DNA from: Candidatus Nealsonbacteria bacterium
GTDB taxonomy: Bacteria > Patescibacteriota > Minisyncoccia > Minisyncoccales > PWPS01
Reading direction: 5' to 3'
Assembly (NCBI GenBank): GCA_003554915.1
Contig: PWHM01000058.1
Span: 1 to 32,335, forward strand
DNA length: 32,335 nucleotides
Both the position numbers and the translations under genes were made by a program. Below are positions 17,410 to 24,811 of the stretch, piece by piece (the stretch's first letter is position 1; the number at the start of each line of letters is the position of its first letter). The notes beneath the pieces are model-generated. The model was not told where the DNA came from and did not search any database. It worked only from the letters and a program-made list of their open reading frames with translations.

Positions 17410-17418
17410 GAGTGATAA
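17392..17418 (-). promoter_or_regulatory. CIRCE-like HrcA operator (TTATCACTC-N9-GTCTGCTAA)
   Basis: Matches 15 of 18 positions of the CIRCE consensus TTAGCACTC-N9-GAGTGCTAA with the correct 9-nt spacer. Lies 44 nt upstream of the hrcA ATG. Confidence 0.6.
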
Positions 17419-17428
17419 TTTATGTTTT

Positions 17429-19078
17429 TTATAAAAACTCCAGCCTCTCCAGGGATTTGAAAGCCAGCTTTTGAGCCGTTTTGTAGATAATTATAGAAAG
17501 AATCAAAAACGGTAAAATGAATTGATAATTTTGAGTTAAAAATATTCGGTAAAGAAGAAAAGCGCTTAGTCCGCTGTATATCAAGGAAATTAAGATAAAC
17601 CCTACTCCCGGAGCGGAAGTGCTCAGTCGTTGCGGATCGTCCGTGTCGAAATTGATAAAAATAGTTCCCAGAGAAAGCCCGACCATATTTAAAGTTATAA
17701 TGCCGATTATTATTACCACCGTTAAGGGGACGAGCACCTCTCCGGCAATCGAAAGAGGTATTGCGTATATCATAATTGCAATGGCCCCCATAGCTGCAAG
17801 CAAAGTGGCGTAAAACAAGGATTTTTGACGGAATATTTTCTTCAAATCAATCGGGGCTGATCCTATAATCCAAGAAGTATTACCTTCCTGACTGAAGGAA
17901 GGAAATACGAACCTTAGTATTAAAGCGCTTATAAAAAAGAGAATTCCTCCGGTTTGCACGCTGGGAGTAAAGCCGGCCAAAGCCGCCTCCTCACTAACAC
18001 CGATGCCGACATATCTTTCCAGTAGATTGACTACACCGACCTGGGCGAACATAAGAGTCATAAGAAAAGCAAACCAGAATAAGTTCTTTGCCGACCGGAA
18101 ATTGGTTAGAACTTCTTTTCTGAAAATTACTTTTTCCGGACTCTCCGGCGGATTCTTCATTATCGGTTTTCGTTTGACTCTTTTTTTGCTTTTCGCTTCG
18201 AAGGATCCTTCTTGAAAAGTTTGCCAGATATAGAGAAATTTTGACTTCAGGCTTTTAAAAACAATGAGAGTGAGTAAGAGCGTTACGAATACGACTCCCG
18301 CATATCGCAAAGCTTGCCCCGGATTTCCGAGTTGAAGATGGTGGGTCATCATTGCCGGAAAGTGAGAGGGAAAGACGGAAAAGCTTTCTATCATGTGGGT
18401 TAATGCGGGATCTATTGTTTCCTCAACCTGAAAAAGCTCATTAATATCCACTTCGACGACTTGTCTCCATACGGAAAATCCGGCAAACAGACAAATTAAC
18501 GCCATAATACCGGCCAATACCTTGAAACTCTTCAAGTTTATCAATTTCATTATGATCGAAACGATAAATATAATTATTATGGCCAAAGCTCCAATAAAAA
18601 AGGAGAAAAATATAATAGCGAAAAAAGCCATTAGTAGATAAGGAAGAGAAAAAGTAAAAACGGTTCTAACGGCAAAAAGAAGAGGCAGGGCCAATACTAT
18701 TATCGGCCAGGAGGAGTCGATCAAAGCCCTGAAAAACTTGACCCAAGAGAGACCTTCGTAGCTCGGTGAGGCCATAATCCAACCGTCTTTTTCATTTTTG
18801 AAAAAATTAAACAGTCCGAAAATTACGGTACTCGTAAAAATTAAAAATCCGGTTATCAGGAAAAAGAGTTGATAGATATAAAGCGGTACGGCCTCCATCA
18901 TAAATGGATCCGTTTCTTCCTGAGTAAAGCCGAGACCTTCTTTGGTGAAATAAAAAACGCCGTAAGCCAAAAGACCGACCGCTAAAACCATCAAAGCCGT
19001 AACCAGTAAACGGGATTCGGTTTCTTTTTCGAAGTATCTCTTTATTCTTTTTGAGTAATAGGAAAAGTATTTATTCAT
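17429..19078 (-). CDS. Multi-pass membrane protein, probable permease partner of the upstream ABC ATPase
   Basis: 549 aa with many hydrophobic segments. Its start overlaps the ATPase stop by 8 nt. Resembles the large 'putative ABC exporter' permeases. Assignment is by context. Confidence 0.6.
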   Translation of the reverse strand: MNKYFSYYSKRIKRYFEKETESRLLVTALMVLAVGLLAYGVFYFTKEGLGFTQEETDPFMMEAVPLYIYQLFFLITGFLIFTSTVIFGLFNFFKNEKDGWIMASPSYEGLSWVKFFRALIDSSWPIIVLALPLLFAVRTVFTFSLPYLLMAFFAIIFFSFFIGALAIIIIFIVSIIMKLINLKSFKVLAGIMALICLFAGFSVWRQVVEVDINELFQVEETIDPALTHMIESFSVFPSHFPAMMTHHLQLGNPGQALRYAGVVFVTLLLTLIVFKSLKSKFLYIWQTFQEGSFEAKSKKRVKRKPIMKNPPESPEKVIFRKEVLTNFRSAKNLFWFAFLMTLMFAQVGVVNLLERYVGIGVSEEAALAGFTPSVQTGGILFFISALILRFVFPSFSQEGNTSWIIGSAPIDLKKIFRQKSLFYATLLAAMGAIAIMIYAIPLSIAGEVLVPLTVVIIIGIITLNMVGLSLGTIFINFDTDDPQRLSTSAPGVGFILISLIYSGLSAFLLYRIFLTQNYQFILPFLILSIIIYKTAQKLAFKSLERLEFL

Positions 19079-19796
19079 TTTTGCTGAAGTGGTTGTAAAT
19101 TTCCAAAAGTGACGCTTCCGGATGGCTCATTTTCTCTCTCAGCTGATTGATTGAGCCGGTTTCTTTTAGGACTCCCCTGTGGAGGACACCCACTCTTGTA
19201 GAATGTTTTTCGGCTACGGGTAAAGTGTGTGTGGCCATAAATATGCTACCGCCCTTGTTAACGAAATTAGAGAGCAGCCTCATAGCCGTTTTCGCCGCCT
19301 CCGGATCCAATCCGACTATGGGTTCATCCACCAAGATTAAGTCCGGCTTATGAAGTAGAGCGGCCAATATGGTGAATTTTTGCTTATTACCTCTGGAATA
19401 GTTTTCATAATATTTTCTCTCTATTCCTTCCAGATTGAAGTGCTTCAGAAGTTCGGGGACTTTTTCCTTAATTTTCTGTTTATCCATTCCGTATAGAGCT
19501 CCGGAAAAGTATAAAAACTCTTCTCCGGTAATATGAGACCAAATTTTGGGTTCGTCGGGTATATAGCCGATCTTGGCCTTGGTTTCTTTGGGGTTGGAGA
19601 TTATACTTTTGTTTTCTAAAAGAATATCTCCTTCAGTTGGATGGAGAAGCCCCAAAATACACTTTATTATGGTGGTTTTTCCCGATCCGTTGGGGCCGAT
19701 GATTGAGAAAAACTCCCCTCTTTCCACTTCTAAATCCACTTCTTTTACGGCTGTAAGATCTTCGAATTTTTTTGTTAGTTTTTTTATTTTTAGCAT
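19071..19796 (-). CDS. ABC transporter ATP-binding protein
   Basis: Walker A GPNGSGKTT, Q-loop, signature-like YSRGNKQKF, Walker B LILVDEP, H-loop ATH. Confidence 0.9.
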   Translation of the reverse strand: MLKIKKLTKKFEDLTAVKEVDLEVERGEFFSIIGPNGSGKTTIIKCILGLLHPTEGDILLENKSIISNPKETKAKIGYIPDEPKIWSHITGEEFLYFSGALYGMDKQKIKEKVPELLKHFNLEGIERKYYENYSRGNKQKFTILAALLHKPDLILVDEPIVGLDPEAAKTAMRLLSNFVNKGGSIFMATHTLPVAEKHSTRVGVLHRGVLKETGSINQLREKMSHPEASLLEIYNHFSKNE

Positions 19797-19811
19797 TTAG
19801 TTTTTTTTATT

Positions 19812-20189
19812 TTAAAAAAAGGTGACCAAGATTAAATAAATTCCGACAATCAAGCTGAAGTAGAGTGATATCATTATCGGAATCGACGATTTCAAGTTTT
19901 TGATTATTTTAATAGTCAGATCAATAAAGAGAAGTCGGAAAAGGCCTTCCAGGAGAAAAAGCCAGCCGGTAATCGTTATTACTCCTTTCCAGTTCAGCTC
20001 CCAAATATTATGAGAAACTATTATGATAATTCCTACAGCTGAAAAAAGAAATCCGGTAAGTAGGATTAGCGCCTTTGATCTATGTAGTCTGATAGCCGTC
20101 TTGAAGGCCGTTTTATTAATTAGCAGTATAGCGGAAAAAAGGAAAAGCGTAAGCCCCAATACTTGCCCAAAAATTAAAGAGGTGTCCAT
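19812..20189 (-). CDS. Hypothetical 125-aa integral membrane protein (about 4 TM segments)
   Basis: Hydrophobic segments throughout and tight spacing with flanking minus-strand genes. No family recognised. Confidence 0.5.
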   Translation of the reverse strand: MDTSLIFGQVLGLTLFLFSAILLINKTAFKTAIRLHRSKALILLTGFLFSAVGIIIIVSHNIWELNWKGVITITGWLFLLEGLFRLLFIDLTIKIIKNLKSSIPIMISLYFSLIVGIYLILVTFF

Positions 20190-20194
20190 GTATA

Positions 20195-20587
20195 TTATTT
20201 ATTTAACTTATTTAATTTTTTAAAAAGAGTTTTATTGTCTCTATAAAGAAAGGAGGTAATTCCCATCTCCTTTGCCGCTTTCACGTTCATCAGGGAGTCG
20301 TCTATAAACAGGCAATTTTCCGGTTTTTCATCAATTAACTCCAATATTTTTTGATAGGCGCCTTTATTCGGCTTCATCACGTTTTCCGTTGTCGGATTTG
20401 CTACCGCTTTAAAGGTCTTTTCAATACCTAATTCTTTCAGTAGCTTTGAAAAATCCCCACCGCAATTGGTTAATATGGAAGCTTCATAATCGCTTTTTTC
20501 AATCCAGTCAACAAGCTCCCGGTTCAAGCCGTCCGCTTGTTTCAAGACACCTTGCCAGTCGCAAATTATGTGATTGAAATTATTCAT
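20195..20587 (-). CDS. Small capless HAD-superfamily hydrolase-like protein
   Basis: HAD motif I variant IICDWQGVL, motif II ILTN, motif III K (KPNKGAY), motif IV FIDDS. Only 130 aa. Confidence 0.65.
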   Translation of the reverse strand: MNNFNHIICDWQGVLKQADGLNRELVDWIEKSDYEASILTNCGGDFSKLLKELGIEKTFKAVANPTTENVMKPNKGAYQKILELIDEKPENCLFIDDSLMNVKAAKEMGITSFLYRDNKTLFKKLNKLNK

Positions 20588-20976
20588 CCTCGATTATCGA
20601 TTATCTTTATATTTACTTTTCTTACGGTTCTGGGGCCATCGAGCTCAACCAAAAATATCTGTTGCCAGGTGCCCGTCAAAATATCTCCGTCGACCGGAAA
20701 AGTTTTTTCTTGGCCGATAAGCCCGGAAAGAATATGACTTCCGGCGTTGTTGTCAATCCTGTCATGCAAGAAGCTCCTTTCTTCCACTTGAGATTGTAGA
20801 AAGTTCACCCAGTCCTTTTTTAGATTCGGTTCGTTTTCGGTTATTAAAATTGCAGCAGTCGAATGGGGTGTAAAAACGGATACCACTCCCCTTTTCCCCT
20901 TTGCGGCTTTTTTTACCGCGTCGGTTATATCTATAAGCTCGTATTTTTTATTCGTAGAAAATTCTTTTTTGATCAT
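20584..20976 (-). CDS. YjbQ/UPF0047 family protein (secondary thiamine-phosphate synthase-like)
   Basis: Family pattern I.DIT..V........G...VF..HSTAA..I.EN....D...........H.........NA.SH....L.G......P...G.L.LGTWQ.I.L.E.DGPR.R. Confidence 0.8.
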   Translation of the reverse strand: MIKKEFSTNKKYELIDITDAVKKAAKGKRGVVSVFTPHSTAAILITENEPNLKKDWVNFLQSQVEERSFLHDRIDNNAGSHILSGLIGQEKTFPVDGDILTGTWQQIFLVELDGPRTVRKVNIKIIDNRG

Positions 20977-20983
20977 ATATGTT

Positions 20984-21011
20984 AAAGAGGGAGAAATTAT
21001 TCTCCCTCTTT
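20984..21011 (-). promoter_or_regulatory. Perfect 12-bp intercistronic hairpin (AAAGAGGGAGAA-ATTA-TTCTCCCTCTTT)
   Basis: Lies between the stop of the 74-aa ORF (21019) and the yjbQ-like ATG (20976). No strong U-tract follows. Possibly an mRNA stabiliser, processing site or attenuator. Confidence 0.4.
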
Positions 21012-21018
21012 ATAAATT

Positions 21019-21243
21019 TTACAAAAAACTCCAACCATATCTGTCGGATGCGTCTCCCATTGCGTGAGACAGCTTTTTAAAGGGCGAGGGCTTATCGGAA
21101 AAACGCGTCTCTTTTTTGGCTTTCGGAAAATGTATTAGCTTTTCCACTTCTGCACTTGCGGAAGCCTTATTGTCTTGCTTTTTCGCCGTCTCTTCCGATT
21201 TCGGAAAACTAATCACTTTCTCGGAATTTTTTTCCTTTTGCAT
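21019..21243 (-). CDS. Hypothetical 74-aa protein with a duplicated EK(V/L)I(S/H)FPK motif
   Basis: Start moved to ATG 21243, which follows a strong SD (AGGAGGGGG, 7-nt spacer). The tracked 21366 start overlaps the upstream gene. Sequence: MQKEKNSEKVISFPKSEETAKK...EKLIHFPKAKKET... Confidence 0.45.
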   Translation of the reverse strand: MQKEKNSEKVISFPKSEETAKKQDNKASASAEVEKLIHFPKAKKETRFSDKPSPFKKLSHAMGDASDRYGWSFL

Positions 21244-21292
21244 GGATTTTCCCCCTCCTTTGATTTTAGTGTAAATTACCATTATCTTTTTG

Positions 21293-21976
21293 TCAACTGA
21301 AAATATGTAAAAATTTAACAAGAATGATCTTGAATAAGTAAAGGCAAAAGCTAACAACCAGACCAATCGAGCCCAAAACCGTTCCGTAAATCAATACGTC
21401 CATCAACCTTTCAAAAACAAGTTCTATTTGATCGGTTAAGACATTGAAGTGGAAGAGAATAAAAACGATTGAAAAAATAAAAAGTAAGCTTAACGCGGAA
21501 TTTTCAAGGTCTTTTTTTGACGGTATTATGCAAACCACTATCGAAATAATAAGATAAATTAAAGCCCAAAATTGCCACAGGTTATAGTTTTCAGCGAAAA
21601 AGACCTTTAATTCTTCTAAAAATTCTATGGACGAATAAAATTCAGGTGGGTTAAATTGACTAATCTCAAAAATGAAATATAAAACGGCTATCCCGCCAAA
21701 AACCGGAAAAAGGGAAATTACTGCCGGACCCAAGATCGGTAGAAGTGGTTTTCCGTGCTTGATAAAGCCCCCTTTTGTTGAAAAAATCTTAGTCTTTTTT
21801 ATCTTCGCTCCGGTTAAAAGACAGGCTATCAAATGAGAAAGCTCATGGATTACCGTCCCCGGAAAAAGAACCAAGCCGTATTTTTGACCGGAAAATATTT
21901 TTAAAAAATAGCCGGTAAGATAACTTATGGTTAAAAGAACTATCAGTGAAAAGAAAAAGTTTGAAAAAGTAATCAT
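21293..21976 (-). CDS. Membrane-embedded HExxH protein, peptidase M50B-like
   Basis: Polytopic membrane protein. HELSH lies in VIHELSHLIACLLTGAKIKK.KIFS.KGG, which resembles the HE.GH...A.LTGG....I......GG opening of M50B-like peptidases. A later PSKKD segment is a possible third metal ligand. Confidence 0.55.
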   Translation of the reverse strand: MITFSNFFFSLIVLLTISYLTGYFLKIFSGQKYGLVLFPGTVIHELSHLIACLLTGAKIKKTKIFSTKGGFIKHGKPLLPILGPAVISLFPVFGGIAVLYFIFEISQFNPPEFYSSIEFLEELKVFFAENYNLWQFWALIYLIISIVVCIIPSKKDLENSALSLLFIFSIVFILFHFNVLTDQIELVFERLMDVLIYGTVLGSIGLVVSFCLYLFKIILVKFLHIFS

Positions 21977-21980
21977 GTTT

Positions 21981-24173
21981 TTAAGCCAAAACGCTTTCTC
22001 TGGTTGAGTCTAAGATGAATAAATTGGATCTATTTTTCATTTCCGCTATTTTATATACCGCATCAATATCCTTTTTTTCAAATGGAAAGACATGAATGTC
22101 TCCTTCCGGTGTTTTGCTTAATATTTCATTGAAGTCACCTATTACGGCATCAACCTCACTGTTGTGGGGTAGACGAGCTTCGTAGATTAATTTATGGAGA
22201 TATTTTTCCGCTTTTCCCTGCTGGTCTTCGTCTTCCACACACATTCGAAGAATTATTTGGCCGTCCCAATTTTCTTTTATGCTGTAGGCGGTAAGAAGGG
22301 CCAAGTCGTAGTGCCTGTTTTCAAACATGTCTTCATTCAAAACCCGGGAAGTTATCCAAACATGAATGCTTTCTTCCGTACCGAGCCCCATCTCGTCATC
22401 TTTATCGAAAAGCATTAATCCGTAACGCTTTCTTATCGAAGAGTCTATTATTTTTTGTAAGTCCGCCGGATTCAGTTTGCTCGGTCTGTATGGTAAAAAT
22501 AAAATATTGGGAGAAAATACTTGGCTCTGAATCGCTTCCATGGAAACCGTTAAGGAGTTAACGTAATCAACGGCTTGTATTTCCGAATAGGAAGTGAATA
22601 TTTTTTCACCCCGAAACTTATTTACCACTCCGGGAAGTTTTTTTATCTCTCGGTCCAGCTCTTCTTTCGTTAAATCTTTTTCCTCCGGATTATTTTCAAT
22701 ATCTTTACTCAAATTAAGCCCCAAAACGGTCATTCTTCCGTTGGGATGAGCGATCGACTTAATCAGAGGAAAATTACCGATCATAGCTTTGGTGGACAAA
22801 ACGGGAACGACCATGTTCGGTTTCCAAATGTGGAGAGAAGACTCCGGAAGACTTTTTGTTTTTTCGGCCGCCCACTCGGAAAAAGCTCTGAAAACCCCCG
22901 AACGAACATCCCCTTTCTCGTGAGGTAATGGTTTTCTGGTTAAAAGAGTGTAAATTGCGAAGATAACAAGAATGGCTATCAAACTGGCATACACGTTTAT
23001 CAGAAACATAATCACCAAGGACATCAAAGCCCCGTACATCGGAACTATCATCGGAATTTTAAAGGTCGGCCTGAAACTTCGAAGCCCTAAAAATTGCTCT
23101 AAAAATACTGCTAAATTGATTACTACGTAAGCAATAAGGAAAAACATCGTTAAAATTTGGGCTACGGAATCGAGTGAACCGGTAATTATTATCGGAAAAA
23201 GAATCAATCCGGTTAGAAGAACTGCATTTCGGGGCTCCTCTTCGTCTTTATCCGCTGATAAGAAATTACTTCCGGGCAAAACCCCACTATGGGCCATAGC
23301 TTCCAAGACTCGGGGAGCAGCAATCATTACCGTTAAAGCACTGGAAAGTGTTGCCGCCAAAACACCGAATATTATCAGAGTGGGAAAAGCGGAAATTTCG
23401 ACCAATATCAATGGGTTTTCCAGAAGCTCACTGACAGTGCCGCTATAAGAAAGAACCCAGGCCATTGCCAGGTAAATCAAAGTGCTTACACCCAACCCCC
23501 AAAGGATTCCCTTGGGGATTTGCCGCTTGGGATCAGTCAGCTCACCCGACATTCCTATACCGGCCATTAATCCGGTTACCGCCGGGAAAAATATTGCGAA
23601 TATGTTCCAAAACTCACCTCCTCGGGCAACCATGGTCGGCACCTTGGGGCTGCCCGGAATGCCCGACCCGAGAAATATAAAAGTCAAAACCAGGCATATC
23701 AATCCGAAAACTACGGTCTGAAATTTAACCGCCAATTTAGTGCTTGCGAAAGTTAAAAACAAAAGAAATATGAAAGATACGAGAGCAACAGAACTGATAC
23801 CATGGCCGGGGAAAAATGCTTGCCAAGTTTCGGAGAAACCGAAAATATACAAAGCAACGGAAAAAGCTTGAGCCAGATAGAGCGGAATTCCTATACTACC
23901 CCCTATTTCCAATCCGAGGGTTTTGTTGATTATTGAATAAGCTCCGCCGGCTCCGATACGGACGTTACTGGATATCGAACTCAGGGAAAGCCCCGTCGAG
24001 AGGGTTACCGAGACGGAAAGAAGTATAATAAATATGGCTCCGGCTATACCCGCACCCCCGACTACGTATCCTAATCTCAAAAACAAAATTACTCCCGTTA
24101 TACTCAAAAAAGTAGGAACGAAAACTCCCTTGAATGTTCCGAATTGATTTGATCCTGTTTCTTCCTTCGGCAT
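21981..24173 (-). CDS. Cation-chloride cotransporter (SLC12/CCC) family homolog, APC superfamily, with a large cytoplasmic C-terminal domain
   Basis: The N-terminus FGTFKGVFVPTFLSITGVILFLRLGYVVGGAGI closely parallels the KCC/NKCC TM1 signature (GT.MGV..PC.QNI.GVILFLRL.W.VG.AG). About 12 TM segments followed by a soluble domain of about 300 aa. Confidence 0.8.
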   Translation of the reverse strand: MPKEETGSNQFGTFKGVFVPTFLSITGVILFLRLGYVVGGAGIAGAIFIILLSVSVTLSTGLSLSSISSNVRIGAGGAYSIINKTLGLEIGGSIGIPLYLAQAFSVALYIFGFSETWQAFFPGHGISSVALVSFIFLLFLTFASTKLAVKFQTVVFGLICLVLTFIFLGSGIPGSPKVPTMVARGGEFWNIFAIFFPAVTGLMAGIGMSGELTDPKRQIPKGILWGLGVSTLIYLAMAWVLSYSGTVSELLENPLILVEISAFPTLIIFGVLAATLSSALTVMIAAPRVLEAMAHSGVLPGSNFLSADKDEEEPRNAVLLTGLILFPIIITGSLDSVAQILTMFFLIAYVVINLAVFLEQFLGLRSFRPTFKIPMIVPMYGALMSLVIMFLINVYASLIAILVIFAIYTLLTRKPLPHEKGDVRSGVFRAFSEWAAEKTKSLPESSLHIWKPNMVVPVLSTKAMIGNFPLIKSIAHPNGRMTVLGLNLSKDIENNPEEKDLTKEELDREIKKLPGVVNKFRGEKIFTSYSEIQAVDYVNSLTVSMEAIQSQVFSPNILFLPYRPSKLNPADLQKIIDSSIRKRYGLMLFDKDDEMGLGTEESIHVWITSRVLNEDMFENRHYDLALLTAYSIKENWDGQIILRMCVEDEDQQGKAEKYLHKLIYEARLPHNSEVDAVIGDFNEILSKTPEGDIHVFPFEKKDIDAVYKIAEMKNRSNLFILDSTRESVLA

Positions 24174-24181
24174 ATTTATAA

Positions 24182-24210
24182 ATTATATCAGATTTTTCAA
24201 ATTATTTGAA
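24182..24210 (-). promoter_or_regulatory. Putative promoter for the CCC transporter gene (TTCAAA-17-TATAAT), implying a leaderless or near-leaderless mRNA
   Basis: Minus strand has TTCAAA (24210-24205), a 17-nt spacer, TATAAT (24187-24182). Only 8 nt separate it from the ATG and there is no SD sequence. Confidence 0.3.
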
Positions 24211-24251
24211 TTAAGGAGCCGGAAGCTCGTTCTGATAGTCGGCAAGCAGCA

Positions 24252-24597
24252 ACCCTCACTCTTTGTCTTTCCGGGGACTGCCGTCTATATGGCTCGAATC
24301 AAAATAGCTTCCGGTCCTCCTTCTTTTTCAGTTATTATATTGACCATCCAGTGGATTCCGTATATCAAATAAACGTATAGTAGCCCTCCTTTCTCCCAAA
24401 AAAACCTTGTTTCTCTTCGTTTTCTTACCGTTTTTACTGTGGGCCGCTTTGCCTTCGGGTCCTTTGTAGATTTCCAATTCCACTATTTTTCCTTTTTTAA
24501 AAATCTTACTTTCTAATTTTCTAACGATCGTTTTACCCAATAAGTCTTCGGCCACTTTTTTAGTTGGTCGTATGTAAAAGTTTCTATCTAATCTCAT
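24252..24597 (-). pseudogene. mpg: 3-methyladenine DNA glycosylase (MPG/AAG family) pseudogene: frameshifted, with an in-frame stop and a 3' truncation
   Basis: Frame A (24597-24328) reads FYIRPTKKVAEDLLGK...GKIVELEIYKG...AAHS..GKKTKRNKVF, the MPG N-terminal pattern. After a T7 run (24408-24414) the homology continues in the +1 frame: EKGGLLYVYLIYGIHWMVNIITEKEGGPEAILIRAI, then TAG (24287-24285). A residual VPGKTKSEG follows (compare GPGKLTKALG). Too little DNA remains before the next gene for the C-terminal roughly 60 aa. Confidence 0.6.
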
Positions 24598-24800
24598 TAA
24601 ACGGTAACATTGGTTATGACCTCTTGATAAATTTCCATTATTTTGGGCATGGAAATAATAAGCCCGATAACCGGAATAGCGATAATAATTATCTTTAAGA
24701 TTATAGAGGTAATATAGACCCTTTTGATCAAGCGGATATTCTTCCCGATTTCTTCAATTTTTTCCCCTTGTTTTTTTAATTCTTCTTCCATATTTTTCAT
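24597..24800 (-). CDS. Hypothetical 67-aa single-pass membrane protein
   Basis: Charged N-terminus followed by one TM segment (ITSIILKIIIIAIPVIGLIISM). Tightly packed in the operon. No family recognised. Confidence 0.4.
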   Translation of the reverse strand: MKNMEEELKKQGEKIEEIGKNIRLIKRVYITSIILKIIIIAIPVIGLIISMPKIMEIYQEVITNVTV

Positions 24801-24811
24801 ATTTGGTTGAT

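Noticed and set aside
24215-24320. Possible small SRP (4.5S) RNA, because of the GGAGGACCGGAAGC...GCUUCCGGCUCC closing stem and an AGCAGC-like tract.
   Set aside because: On neither strand does a GNRA tetraloop sit 5' of the conserved GGAAGCAGC-type 3' strand, as helix 8 requires. The region is also explained by remnants of the mpg coding sequence. It is kept only as an unexplained structured element.
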